NCBI GenBank assembly: GCA_964388265.1
Contig: CAYLXZ010000006.1
Span: forward strand, 1-32,797
DNA length: 32,797 nt
Origin: Candidatus Micrarchaeota archaeon
GTDB lineage: Archaea > B1Sed10-29
Direction of reading: 5' to 3'
The position numbers and the translations under genes are program-made. Within the stretch, counting starts at the first letter, position 1. Each line of letters opens with the position of its first letter. Shown here one piece after another: positions 8,432 through 17,450 of this stretch. The notes beneath the pieces are model-generated. The model was not told where the DNA came from, did not search any database, and worked only from the letters and a program-made list of their open reading frames with translations.

Positions 8432-11161
8432 ATGAACAGCTTTGAAGTTCTAGAAGACGAAGTAAAAGACCTCGTGACACAGAGGTTTGAAGAACCAACC
8501 CCAATACAGGAGAAAGCAATCCCTAAAGTAGCTGAAGGAAAAAACAGCCTGATAATAGCCCCAACCGGAACAGGGAAAACCGAGAGCTGCATATTGCCAA
8601 TAATGGATAACTATCTACAGCAAAGAGATGAAGAACCAGAAGAAGGAATCAAGATACTCTACATAACCCCTTTGAAAGCACTTAACCGAGATATATTGGA
8701 TAGAATAAAGACATGGTCGGAGGACCTAGAGATAGACGTAGCAGTAAGACACGGAGACACATCCAAATCAGAAAGATCCAGACAAACCAAGAACCCACCA
8801 GAGCTACTCGTAACCACACCGGAAACCCTTAACATCGTTCTAACAGCACCGAAACTAGGAGAACACCTAAAAACAGTTAACCATGTAGTCATAGACGAAA
8901 TACACGAACTATGCGAAAGCAAAAGAGGATCACAACTAACCATAGCGCTAGAAAGACTGATGGAGAAAGCCGGAAAATACCAAAGAGTAGGCCTATCAGC
9001 CACAGTAGGAGACCCAGAACAAGTAGCCAATTTCTTATTCAGCGAAAGAGACCGAGAAATAATCCATACACCAGGAGAAAACAAGATACAGCTAGATGTA
9101 GAGAAACCAGAGCCAATTGAAGAAGATGAAGAACTCAGCGAAGAACTACTCATCCCACCCGACGCAGTAGCAAGACTAAGAAGACTAAAAGAACTAATAG
9201 ATGAATACGAATCAGTACTCACATTCGTGAACACACGACAGATGGCTGAAATGCTATCCAGCAGATTCGCAGCATGGGAAGAAGCAGAAGACATAGGAGT
9301 ACACCACTCCTCACTATCCAAAGACGCAAGAGTAGTATCAGAAGGAGAGTTCAAAGAAGGAGAACTACGAGGAATGATAAGCACATCATCACTAGAACTA
9401 GGCATAGACATAGGACAGATAAAACTAACAGCACAGTACCTCTCACCAAGACAAGTGAATCGACTTATACAGAGAGTGGGAAGAAGCGGACACAGAGCAC
9501 ACCTCTCACCAAAAGGCAAAATAATCACCGTGGACCCAGAGGACACCTTGGAGTCGGCAGTGGTCACAGAGAATACACTGAAAGAAAACCTCGAAGAACC
9601 AAAAATATTCCAATCACCACTGGACGTTCTAGCACACCAAATAGTAGGTATGGCAATGGAAAACTACAAGATGAAGAAAGAAAAAGCCTATGAAGTAGTA
9701 AAAAGAGCCAATCCATTCAAAGAACTATCATTCAACGACTTCTTAGAAACAATTGAACAACTAGCAAAAGAAAGAGTAATCTGGACAGAAGAAGACAAAT
9801 TCGGAAAAAAGAGAAACTGCTACGAATACTATTACGGCAACATATCCATGATACCTGACGAAAGAACCTACTACATAAAAGACACAACCACGAATGACAA
9901 TGTAGGAGTACTAGATGAAGGGTTCGTAGCTGAAGACCTGGTTCCAGGAAAGAAATTCATAACAAAAGGAAGACCATGGAAAGTCCTAGACATAACTGAG
10001 AGCGAAGTAATAGTAGAACCAACTGAAGAAATAACCAGCGCAATCCCAGCCTGGAGCGGAGAAGAAATACCAGTACCAATAGACATAGCAAAAGGATTCG
10101 CAGAGAAATTCAACCAAGAAATAGACTCAGAAAAAATAAACACAGGGAAAAATGCTCATAAATCAATAAAAAACTTTATCGAAAAACAATCAGAATACTT
10201 CAAACCAGGAAAAAACCAGATACACCTAGAAGAGATAGATAACTACCTAGTGATACATTCATACAACGGAGACATAGTGAACGAGACCCTAGAAAGACTA
10301 TTGACAATTCTGATAAGCAGCTACATAGGAGAATCAGTTGGAATGGAGAACGACGCCTACAGGATAGTCCTGGAGTTCCCAGGAAAACCAAGAAAAGACC
10401 TAGTGAAGAAATTCCTAACCGAAACAGAGCCAGAAGAAGTAGAAACAATACTCGAAAGATCCCTGATGAGAACCTCACTCTTCAGATACAGATTCATACA
10501 CATAGCAAAAAGATTCGGATTAATAAGCAAAGACGCGGACTACCAGAAAATAAGCATAAGAAGACTAATAAGAGCAGTCCTAGACTCACCAGTATACAAA
10601 GAAACCATGAAAGAAATAAAGAAAGATAAACTCGATGTGGAAAACACTGAAAAGATAATAGAAAAGATACAAGAAGAAAAGATAGAAATAAAAGAACACA
10701 GCTTCAAAGAACCATCTCCCCTTGCTCAGAATGCGTTCAGCAAGGTAATGAGAGCACCAGAGCTAGTATCCCCAGCTACACCTGAGAAAGAAATACTTGA
10801 ACTAATGAAGAAAAGAATACTGAACGAAAAAGCACACCTAAACTGCACATATTGTGGAAACGAATGGTACAGAGACATAAAGGAACTTTCTGAGGATATA
10901 GATTGCCCTGAATGCGGTTCATCCATGGTTTCCTACATTCAAGGGAAAAACAAGGAAAACTACGAGGATACTAAAGATCTCTTGAACTCCTATGGTAAAA
11001 AAGCAGTCATAGCACTATCATGCACAGGGGTAGGTCCGGAGACCGCTAAACAGGTTCTCAATAAAAGAAGAAGAGATGAGGAAAAGTTCTACAAAGATTT
11101 ACTTGAAGCTAAAAAAACCTACCTGAGGACGAAACAGTACTGGAAGGATGAAGACAGTTAA
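8432..11161 (+). CDS. lhr: Lhr-family SF2 helicase with C-terminal Cys4 Zn ribbon and HhH-like motif (aLhr1-like)
   Basis: APTGTGKT, TPLKALNRD, RHGDT, DEIHE, GLSAT, HHSSLS, TSSLELGIDIG, QRVGRSGH and SMIPDE, with C-terminal CTYC...CPEC and GVGPETA. Confidence 0.93.
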   Translation: MNSFEVLEDEVKDLVTQRFEEPTPIQEKAIPKVAEGKNSLIIAPTGTGKTESCILPIMDNYLQQRDEEPEEGIKILYITPLKALNRDILDRIKTWSEDLEIDVAVRHGDTSKSERSRQTKNPPELLVTTPETLNIVLTAPKLGEHLKTVNHVVIDEIHELCESKRGSQLTIALERLMEKAGKYQRVGLSATVGDPEQVANFLFSERDREIIHTPGENKIQLDVEKPEPIEEDEELSEELLIPPDAVARLRRLKELIDEYESVLTFVNTRQMAEMLSSRFAAWEEAEDIGVHHSSLSKDARVVSEGEFKEGELRGMISTSSLELGIDIGQIKLTAQYLSPRQVNRLIQRVGRSGHRAHLSPKGKIITVDPEDTLESAVVTENTLKENLEEPKIFQSPLDVLAHQIVGMAMENYKMKKEKAYEVVKRANPFKELSFNDFLETIEQLAKERVIWTEEDKFGKKRNCYEYYYGNISMIPDERTYYIKDTTTNDNVGVLDEGFVAEDLVPGKKFITKGRPWKVLDITESEVIVEPTEEITSAIPAWSGEEIPVPIDIAKGFAEKFNQEIDSEKINTGKNAHKSIKNFIEKQSEYFKPGKNQIHLEEIDNYLVIHSYNGDIVNETLERLLTILISSYIGESVGMENDAYRIVLEFPGKPRKDLVKKFLTETEPEEVETILERSLMRTSLFRYRFIHIAKRFGLISKDADYQKISIRRLIRAVLDSPVYKETMKEIKKDKLDVENTEKIIEKIQEEKIEIKEHSFKEPSPLAQNAFSKVMRAPELVSPATPEKEILELMKKRILNEKAHLNCTYCGNEWYRDIKELSEDIDCPECGSSMVSYIQGKNKENYEDTKDLLNSYGKKAVIALSCTGVGPETAKQVLNKRRRDEEKFYKDLLEAKKTYLRTKQYWKDEDS

Positions 11162-11170
11162 TTTTCTTCC

Positions 11171-11272
11171 CTAAATACCCTCAAAGAGCTGAGATTTCAA
11201 TAGAAAGTAAATTAGGAAGATTCCTACTACTATCCCTACTAATGTAATCTCCCAACTAGCAATATTAAACAT
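11171..11272 (-). CDS. Putative 33-aa single-pass membrane microprotein (not in the ORF track)
   Basis: Translates to MFNIASWEITLVGIVVGIFLIYFLLKSQLFEGI*. It fills the lhr-nfo gap, and a TATTTAAA box lies ~25 nt upstream on the minus strand (leaderless spacing). Confidence 0.55.
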   Translation of the reverse strand: MFNIASWEITLVGIVVGIFLIYFLLKSQLFEGI

Positions 11273-11362
11273 GTTAATAATTTATCATACAACCTTTAAA
11301 TAATTTTTGCCTGAACCCAGAGCCTATAAGGAAGAAAACCTAAAAATCTAAATAGGGATCAA

Positions 11363-12196
11363 ATGGTATTCAAAATAGGTGCCCACGTAAGCAAATCAGG
11401 AAACTTCTCCAAAGCCCTGGAAAGAGAAAGAGATGTAGGAGGAAACTGCGGCCAGATATTCGTAAAAAGCCCCAGATCATGGAGATTTGCAGACCTAGCC
11501 AAAGGAGAAGTAAAGAAATTCCAGGAAAACTACAGAGAAAGCGAACTCAAACCATTCATGACCCATGGAACCTATCTCATAAACCTAGCAACACCAAAAG
11601 AAGACCTCTTCCAGAAATCCATAGAATGCCTAAGAAAAGAAATAGAAAGAACAGACAGACTAAACATACCTTACATAACTTTTCACCCAGGAGCACACAC
11701 AGGTTCAGGAGAAGAAAAAGGATTAAAAAGAATAATAGAAGCATTAGATCAATTGGAAGAGACCCTTGAGAACTCAGATATCCAGCTACTGCTTGAAAAC
11801 ACAGCAGGAAAAGGAACAACCCTAGGCTACACAATGAAACAACTTCAAGAAATGAAAGAAAGGACAAAAGCACCAAACATAGGAGTATGCTTAGATACAG
11901 CCCACGCCTATGCTGCAGGATATGACTTAAGCACTGAAGAAGGGATACAAGAAACCATTAAAGAGATAGAAGACACAGTGACCGTGGAATCAATTCCAAT
12001 GGTTCATCTAAACGACTCAAAAGCTCCATTAGGATCAAAGAAAGACCAACATGCTCATCTAACGGAAGGAAAATTTGGAAGAAAAGGAATAAAGACATTC
12101 ATAAACCACGAGGCCTTCAGAGACATCCCTATGATCCGGGAATCACCCTTCAAAAAGAAAGATATCAAAGTAGCTAAGAAACTTAGAGAAAAATAA
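11363..12196 (+). CDS. nfo: Endonuclease IV (AP endonuclease)
   Basis: IGAHVS, QIF.KSPR.W, HGTYLINL, FHPG.H, LLENTAG.G, CLDTAH, HLNDSK and D.H Zn ligands. Confidence 0.95.
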   Translation: MVFKIGAHVSKSGNFSKALERERDVGGNCGQIFVKSPRSWRFADLAKGEVKKFQENYRESELKPFMTHGTYLINLATPKEDLFQKSIECLRKEIERTDRLNIPYITFHPGAHTGSGEEKGLKRIIEALDQLEETLENSDIQLLLENTAGKGTTLGYTMKQLQEMKERTKAPNIGVCLDTAHAYAAGYDLSTEEGIQETIKEIEDTVTVESIPMVHLNDSKAPLGSKKDQHAHLTEGKFGRKGIKTFINHEAFRDIPMIRESPFKKKDIKVAKKLREK

Positions 12197-12209
12197 AGGA
12201 GGAAAAAGC

Positions 12210-12992
12210 TTGAAAGCCATCGTAGCATCGGAAAAAGACACAGCAGGAATGAACATCTTCAATAAACTCCTAGATAAAGGATTCGATTCAACGGACAAGA
12301 AATGGCTGAATAAAACTCTTTTCCAGAAAGATGAATGGCTCCTAGCACGCGCAGAATCCAGAGTAATCTACGCAGATGAAGTAGCGGAACTAGATGTAGA
12401 TGAAGTGATCTTCGCTTCAAAACATTCATCCGAGTCAGGCAAACCAACATTAACTACCCATGTCCCTGGGAACTTCGGACCCGCTGACTACGGAGGCGAA
12501 CCAGGAAAACTCTGCCACACTTATTCAGATAGAAGGAAAGCAATTTACATGGAGCTACTTAATCCCCCTTTCGAGTATGAAGTGTCTCTTGAGGTAACGC
12601 ATCATGGTCCTCTTATTCCACAGCCATGTTGTTTTGTGGAACTCGGATCAACCCAGGAACAATGGGAAAATGAAGAAGCAGCTGAATATCTAGCTGAAGC
12701 AATAGTGAAAGGAATAGAGAAGGAACCACCGGAGACAGATACAGCTATAGGTATAGGTGGAAACCACTACGCCCGCAAGTTCACAGAAGTAGAGGAAAAT
12801 AGAGATATAGCAATGGGTCACATGATCCCAAGATACGCTCAGAAACACCTTGATCCAGATATAGTTGAACAGATGATTGCTAAAACTCACCCAGATCCAA
12901 GTAAAATAATGATAGATAAAAAAGGAACCAGGAAACAGTCAAAGGTCCGAGAAATGCTTGAACAGTTCAATATGGAACTAGAGTTACTTTAA
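12210..12992 (+). CDS. dtdA: D-aminoacyl-tRNA deacylase, archaeal DTD2/GEK1 type
   Basis: S..D.AG.NI, FASKHSS, LTTHVPGN, EVTHHGP, FVELGS...W and GIGGNHY. GGAGG precedes the TTG start. Confidence 0.92.
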   Translation: MKAIVASEKDTAGMNIFNKLLDKGFDSTDKKWLNKTLFQKDEWLLARAESRVIYADEVAELDVDEVIFASKHSSESGKPTLTTHVPGNFGPADYGGEPGKLCHTYSDRRKAIYMELLNPPFEYEVSLEVTHHGPLIPQPCCFVELGSTQEQWENEEAAEYLAEAIVKGIEKEPPETDTAIGIGGNHYARKFTEVEENRDIAMGHMIPRYAQKHLDPDIVEQMIAKTHPDPSKIMIDKKGTRKQSKVREMLEQFNMELELL

Positions 12993-12993
12993 T

Positions 12994-14385
12994 TTATCTA
13001 AACTGGTTTTTTATCTGTTCATCTATTGTTTCTAGGAACTTTGTTTTCTTTTCTTTTGGTACTGTGGCTCCTGCGGCCACGTCGTGTCCCCCACCTTCTC
13101 CTTCTAGTTTTTCACTGGCTTGATACATTGCTTCTCCTAGATTTAATCCTTTATTCACAAGTGTTTTGTTTCCTCTTCCGCTGAATTTTATTTTATCTTC
13201 TTCTTTTTCTGCTGATCCTATTATTGCTTTCTTTCTGTCTATCTCGTTGGTTGAGTACAGCATTCCTACTACTATGCCGATTAATGTATGTGGGATTTCT
13301 CCTTCTCCGTCTAGGAAATAGATGTTTTCTTTTTCTTCTACTCCTTCTTCCTTGGCGTACTCTATTCCTTTTCTTAGTTTTCTTCTATGGGTTTTGAGTA
13401 GGTTTTTTGCTTCTTTGAAGTGTTCTTCTCGGTCTCCCATTGCTACTTTTATACCTATTTCTGGTTCTTCGTGTCTTCCACATGAATTTAGGAGAGTTGA
13501 GAATTCCTTGCCGTCCTTCACTGGTGATTTCTTTGGTTCTTTCTTCATTTCGTAGACTTCTCCTACGAGGTTTTTAAGCACTCTTTCCGGAACTCCTTTC
13601 TGTCTTCCGTATACGTGGAGACCTGATATCAGTTTCTTTTTCTCCTCATCGCTGAGATCGCAGTAGTATCTCATGTTTCCTTCTCCGTCTTTTATATCTA
13701 TTTCAAGGTGTCTTAGGAATTCTCTGCATTCTCCTCTGTTGTTGGTGAGTCCAGGTAGATATGGGTCGGTTGAATAGGCTAGAAATGGGATTATTGGCCT
13801 TGAGTGTCTTCCGAATAGTGTGATGTCTTCTCTTGCTTCTAGTTCACCTGATTTCTCCGCGTCTTTCACTACTTCTTGGTTTAACCCGATTAATCTATTG
13901 TCGTCGCTGTACTGCATGTCTCCTAACGCGCCTACTATACCTATCTTCGCGAGATCAATGTTTGATTTATTTATTTCTCTGGCCACGAAGTAGCTTAGTC
14001 CGGATGAACTTATTTCGCTTGATCCGTCGTGTCCGGATAGATGTGGATTAAGGTGTGGGTGGCTGGTTTCTCCTTCTATTTCGTGGTGGTCTATTATGCA
14101 GTATTCTCCGTTGGTTAATTCTTCTTTAAGCATATCTAGATAACCTGAACCGAAGTCTATTAGTATGAATGGTTTTTCTCGTCCTTTGTATTTCTTTATT
14201 TCTTCTTTGGAGAAGTGTTTCAGGGTTTCTGCTTCGTATTTCTTCCCTAATCGGTTCAGGGTTTTTCTTATTATTGCTCCTGCGGATAATCCGTCTGCGT
14301 CGTAGTCGTTCAGTACTATGAAGTTGTCTTTGTCTTCTATGTATCTTGCCACGTCTTCTAATCCTTCTAGGTTTTTTGATTTCAT
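12994..14385 (-). CDS. DHH/DHHA1 RecJ-like nuclease (GAN/Cdc45-like)
   Basis: DYDADG, IDFGSG, IIDHH, GALGDMQ, EFSTLLNSCGR and GGGHDVAAG. Confidence 0.9.
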   Translation of the reverse strand: MKSKNLEGLEDVARYIEDKDNFIVLNDYDADGLSAGAIIRKTLNRLGKKYEAETLKHFSKEEIKKYKGREKPFILIDFGSGYLDMLKEELTNGEYCIIDHHEIEGETSHPHLNPHLSGHDGSSEISSSGLSYFVAREINKSNIDLAKIGIVGALGDMQYSDDNRLIGLNQEVVKDAEKSGELEAREDITLFGRHSRPIIPFLAYSTDPYLPGLTNNRGECREFLRHLEIDIKDGEGNMRYYCDLSDEEKKKLISGLHVYGRQKGVPERVLKNLVGEVYEMKKEPKKSPVKDGKEFSTLLNSCGRHEEPEIGIKVAMGDREEHFKEAKNLLKTHRRKLRKGIEYAKEEGVEEKENIYFLDGEGEIPHTLIGIVVGMLYSTNEIDRKKAIIGSAEKEEDKIKFSGRGNKTLVNKGLNLGEAMYQASEKLEGEGGGHDVAAGATVPKEKKTKFLETIDEQIKNQFR

Positions 14386-14441
14386 CTTCTCTTACCTGTA
14401 GTTATTTAAGGGTCCTGCGTTTTAATGGCTTAGGTGGTAAC

Positions 14442-14579
14442 ATGAAGTGTGTTGAATGCGGTGAATTCATGGTCTTGAGACCTGTTGAAAAGCACGATGG
14501 TTTCTACTACGGACCTACTGTTTGCTCTAACTGTGGTAGAAAAGAGCTGGATGGATCTACAATTCATAATCGGCTTTGA
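14442..14579 (+). CDS. 45-aa zinc-finger microprotein (two CxxCG knuckles)
   Basis: MKCVECGEFMVLRPVEKHDGFYYGPTVCSNCGRKELDGSTIHNRL*. SD-like AGGTGG at 14432-14437 and TATTTAAG at 14403-14410. The true start is likely ATG 14442 rather than 14346. Confidence 0.7.
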   Translation: MKCVECGEFMVLRPVEKHDGFYYGPTVCSNCGRKELDGSTIHNRL

Positions 14580-15891
14580 TGTCAGGTAGATAGGTCTCGT
14601 GATCTCTTTCTTCTAGTTCTCTGTTTATGCTTTGTCGTTTATCTTCTTCACCATGCACTAGGAATATTTTATCTAGGTCTGGTAGGTCTGAAACGTATTC
14701 TAGAAGTTGTTGTCTGTCTGCGTGGGCGCTGAAGTGCAGTGACTTCACGTCTGCTCTTATTCTTACTTCTTCACCGTCTGGAAGCTCTATTATGTCTTTT
14801 CCGTCTTGTAGGTCTCTGCCTGGTGTGCCTTCCACTTGGTATCCTACTAGTATGATTTTGTTCTTGGGGTCGTGTCCCAGTTCCTTCACGTACTTTATCA
14901 CTGGTCCTCCTGTGAGCATTCCTGAGGTTGTTAGTATTACTCCTGGTTTATCGCTTTTTACCACGTCTGAACGGTCCTTTGTCCTAGGTGGATTGAATTG
15001 CTCCGGGTTGAATGGGTTTTCCTGCGCCATCAGAATTCTTTTCTGTATCTCGTCTTTTGCGTGGATCACGTTCTGTCTGTGGATTGAGTTAGCTTTCTTT
15101 ATCATTCCATCGATGTATCCTGGTGTGTCTGGTAGGAAACCTGATTTCATGTAGTTGCTTAGTGTGATCATTAGTTCTTGTCCTCTTCCTACTCCGAAGC
15201 TAGGTATGATTACTTTTCCTCCTCTTTCCACTGTTTTCTTAACTTCTTTAGCTAGCTTGGTGCTGTTTGTTTTAAGGCTTGGTAACTGATCTTTCTTCCC
15301 TCCATACGTTGTCTCCATTATCAGATGATCAAAGTCCTCTATATCTGTATCTGCTTCGTCTAGTATTGTGCTGTCTCTATATGATAGGTCTCCTGTGTAT
15401 AGTAGAGAGGATTCTGGTCCTTCGAACCTCACTGTGGCTGAGCCCAATATATGTCCTGCATTGTAGAGCGTGAGATCGGTGTCTTGAGATAGTTTTTCTT
15501 TATCTCTGTAGTCTAGGTATATAACGTCTCTCATTATGTTGTTTATCTCTTCTTGGCTGAACTCTGGGTTTCTTTCTTCTTTAGCTATCTTCAGGTAGTC
15601 GCTGAGCAGTAGCTGCATCAGGTCTCTTGTTGGTTTTGTTGCGTATATGTTTCCTCTCCATCCTCTTGCGTAGAGGTGTGGAAGGTACCCTGAGTGATCT
15701 AGATGAGCGTGTGTAATCACTACGCTGTCTATTTTGTTCATCAGGCTCTTTGGGATATATGGATATCTCTCTGTATCGGATTCTGCTCCTAGTTTTATCC
15801 CGCAGTCCATGAGGATGTTCTCTTGTTCTGTTTCTACGAATATTGCTGACTTGCCTACTTCTCCGCAGGCTCCTAAAAACTTCAATTTCAT
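14557..15891 (-). CDS. MBL/beta-CASP ribonuclease lacking KH domains (aCPSF1b/aCPSF2-like)
   Basis: FLGA..EVGKS, MDCG, THAHLDHSG, AGHILGS, YTGD, ETTYG, GRGQE, FSAHAD and LVHGE. Confidence 0.92.
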   Translation of the reverse strand: MKLKFLGACGEVGKSAIFVETEQENILMDCGIKLGAESDTERYPYIPKSLMNKIDSVVITHAHLDHSGYLPHLYARGWRGNIYATKPTRDLMQLLLSDYLKIAKEERNPEFSQEEINNIMRDVIYLDYRDKEKLSQDTDLTLYNAGHILGSATVRFEGPESSLLYTGDLSYRDSTILDEADTDIEDFDHLIMETTYGGKKDQLPSLKTNSTKLAKEVKKTVERGGKVIIPSFGVGRGQELMITLSNYMKSGFLPDTPGYIDGMIKKANSIHRQNVIHAKDEIQKRILMAQENPFNPEQFNPPRTKDRSDVVKSDKPGVILTTSGMLTGGPVIKYVKELGHDPKNKIILVGYQVEGTPGRDLQDGKDIIELPDGEEVRIRADVKSLHFSAHADRQQLLEYVSDLPDLDKIFLVHGEEDKRQSINRELEERDHETYLPDIKADYEL

Positions 15892-16010
15892 TATTAATCA
15901 TCTCCTTGTTTTGTTGTTGAAGAGATGGAGTTTGAGAACTCACTTTAAGGTGAAGTTTCCAAAAATCCATCATTTACCTGTTTATCTGTTAGAAATAAGG
16001 AGGTAAACCT
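15892..16010 (-). promoter_or_regulatory. Putative structured 5' leader of the KH-less beta-CASP RNase
   Basis: Stems TTTACCT/AGGTAAA (15973-16007) and GATGGA/TCCATC (15924-15971, with inner pairings), plus an alternative stem CATCTC/GAGATG covering the SD. ATTTAAAT at 16037-16044 could be its TATA box. Confidence 0.4.
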
Positions 16011-16047
16011 TACTTCTTTATATTTTAAGCCTCCTAATTTAAATACC

Positions 16048-17133
16048 ATGGTTAAAATCCCTTTCCTCAATAAACTTAGAAAACCCCAAGAGAAGATAGA
16101 GATAGAGAAACAGATAAAGCAACTTAATAAAGAGAAAGCAGAGCTTAAATCAAGCAAGAAAGAACTAGAAGAGATGGATAGAGACACTTCAGATATAGAT
16201 GAAGAGCTTCAAGAGATAGAGAAGAAACTAAAGAAAAGATACGATGAACTAGCTAACTTAGAATACAAACAAGCGTTAAATGAGATAGGAGAGAAGTCGA
16301 AAGAGAAGAAAGTAACTTTAAGTAGAATGAAAGGTGAATTAAAAGAAGAGAGAAAGAAGAGAAGAAGACTTGAAACCAAGCTAGAGGAACTTGAAGAGAA
16401 AAAAGAATCACTGAAAGAAGATAAAAAAGACTTAGCCAAGAAGATAAACGAACTTGAAGAGAAAGTAAGAGACAAAGAGATGAAGATCCAGCAAAAAGAA
16501 GACATAATCCAGGGCCTCAAAGAAGAACCAGAAAAAGAAGAGAAACCACAGGAAGAACCAGAGCAATCCGAGGAAGAGAAGTCAGGTAGAGAAAAAATAC
16601 TTGAATCTCTGTTAAAAGATTACAGCAGCTACATCGAAGAGAAAGAGAAAAAAACAATCCAGGAAATGAAGGAAATGGTACAGCCGAACAACATAAACCT
16701 AAGAGAGTTCCTAGAAGACATAGAGAAAGACGGCTTGGAAGCATGTGAAGAAGCCTACGATAAAATAATGGATAAAATAGAATCCTGTTCACCACTTCCT
16801 GTCGAGTACTGGATGAACATAAAAACAATGATAGACCTCAAAGCAGCCGGACACAAAGACAAAGCAATACTACTATGCTCAGCATTCCGACACTTCGGCG
16901 CAGAATCCCACGTAGCCATAATAAAACTAGAAAACGGAGAAAGAAGACCCTTAACACAGATAAAAACCAACAATAAATATCTGTTGATAGATCCAAATCA
17001 AAAGCAACCATTCAAAAGATACTACGGAACAAGAGGAGAAATAAAAAACCAATACAAATACAAAGGAAGCAAAATCAGGGAATTCAAGTACCTATTCAAT
17101 GACAGAGAATACATAACCTATGAAGAAACATAA
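16048..17133 (+). CDS. Coiled-coil protein with C-terminal transglutaminase-like domain (probably inactive)
   Basis: About 150 aa of K/E heptads, then YW...AGHKDKAILLCSAFR.FG...YLLIDP, which resembles the YW..P......GDCED.AILL.S..R..G...LDP pattern. Confidence 0.6.
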   Translation: MVKIPFLNKLRKPQEKIEIEKQIKQLNKEKAELKSSKKELEEMDRDTSDIDEELQEIEKKLKKRYDELANLEYKQALNEIGEKSKEKKVTLSRMKGELKEERKKRRRLETKLEELEEKKESLKEDKKDLAKKINELEEKVRDKEMKIQQKEDIIQGLKEEPEKEEKPQEEPEQSEEEKSGREKILESLLKDYSSYIEEKEKKTIQEMKEMVQPNNINLREFLEDIEKDGLEACEEAYDKIMDKIESCSPLPVEYWMNIKTMIDLKAAGHKDKAILLCSAFRHFGAESHVAIIKLENGERRPLTQIKTNNKYLLIDPNQKQPFKRYYGTRGEIKNQYKYKGSKIREFKYLFNDREYITYEET

Positions 17134-17181
17134 TCTTGCACCTAAAACAACAAAATATATTTATATAGCAGAGAATAAACT

Positions 17182-17250
17182 TAGAGAGGAGGAACGATAA
17201 GATGAAAAACCTTATCCTTCAACTGAAAGATAGAGAGGAACGATAAGATG
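17182..17250 (+). repeat. Direct repeat of an RBS+ATG cassette
   Basis: TAGAGAGGA(GGA)ACGATAAGATG at 17182-17204 and TAGAGAGGAACGATAAGATG at 17231-17250. The 16 nt GAGGAACGATAAGATG are identical. Confidence 0.9.
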
Positions 17251-17427
17251 CCAGTGAAATCCAACCCAGATAAATGCATATCATGCGGAGGATGCACCTC
17301 AGTCTGCCCAGTAAACGCAATCACACTCAAAAACGGAGAAATAACCATAGACCAAGAAAAATGCATAGAATGCGGATCATGCATCAAACTATGCCCAGTA
17401 AACGCAATAAAAAACAAAAAAGAATGA
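17248..17427 (+). CDS. 2x[4Fe-4S] ferredoxin, 59 aa (not in the ORF track)
   Basis: [59 protein letters not shown], with two perfect CxxCxxCxxxCP motifs and GAGG upstream. Confidence 0.95.
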   Translation: MPVKSNPDKCISCGGCTSVCPVNAITLKNGEITIDQEKCIECGSCIKLCPVNAIKNKKE

Positions 17428-17450
17428 AAAAATAATGAAGATGATGAAAA

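Noticed and set aside
8659..9567. 302-aa minus-strand ORF inside lhr, and similar Ser/Phe/Leu-rich antisense ORFs (e.g. 14627-15154, 17456-18001, 28335-28934)
   Set aside because: These are shadows of well-supported genes. The A-rich coding bias yields long S/F/L-rich antisense frames with no motifs.
15921..15945. GAGATGGAGTT resembling the start of a fluoride (crcB) riboswitch
   Set aside because: It is on the wrong strand for the adjacent RNase gene and lacks the P1 complement and the downstream GCUxAUGAC-type consensus.
16048..16560. SMC/Rad50-like or chemotaxis protein call for the coiled coil
   Set aside because: It has no Walker motifs, hinge or MCP signature and is generic K/E heptad sequence.
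17182..17250. Direct repeat as a mini-CRISPR or IS target-site duplication
   Set aside because: There are only two copies, the repeat is an RBS+ATG, and no cas or transposase genes or terminal inverted repeats are present. It is kept only as a uORF/duplication finding.
17181..17417. 78-aa His-rich minus-strand ORF with an apparent internal repeat
   Set aside because: It is the antisense of the two CxxCxxCxxxCP motifs of the plus-strand ferredoxin.
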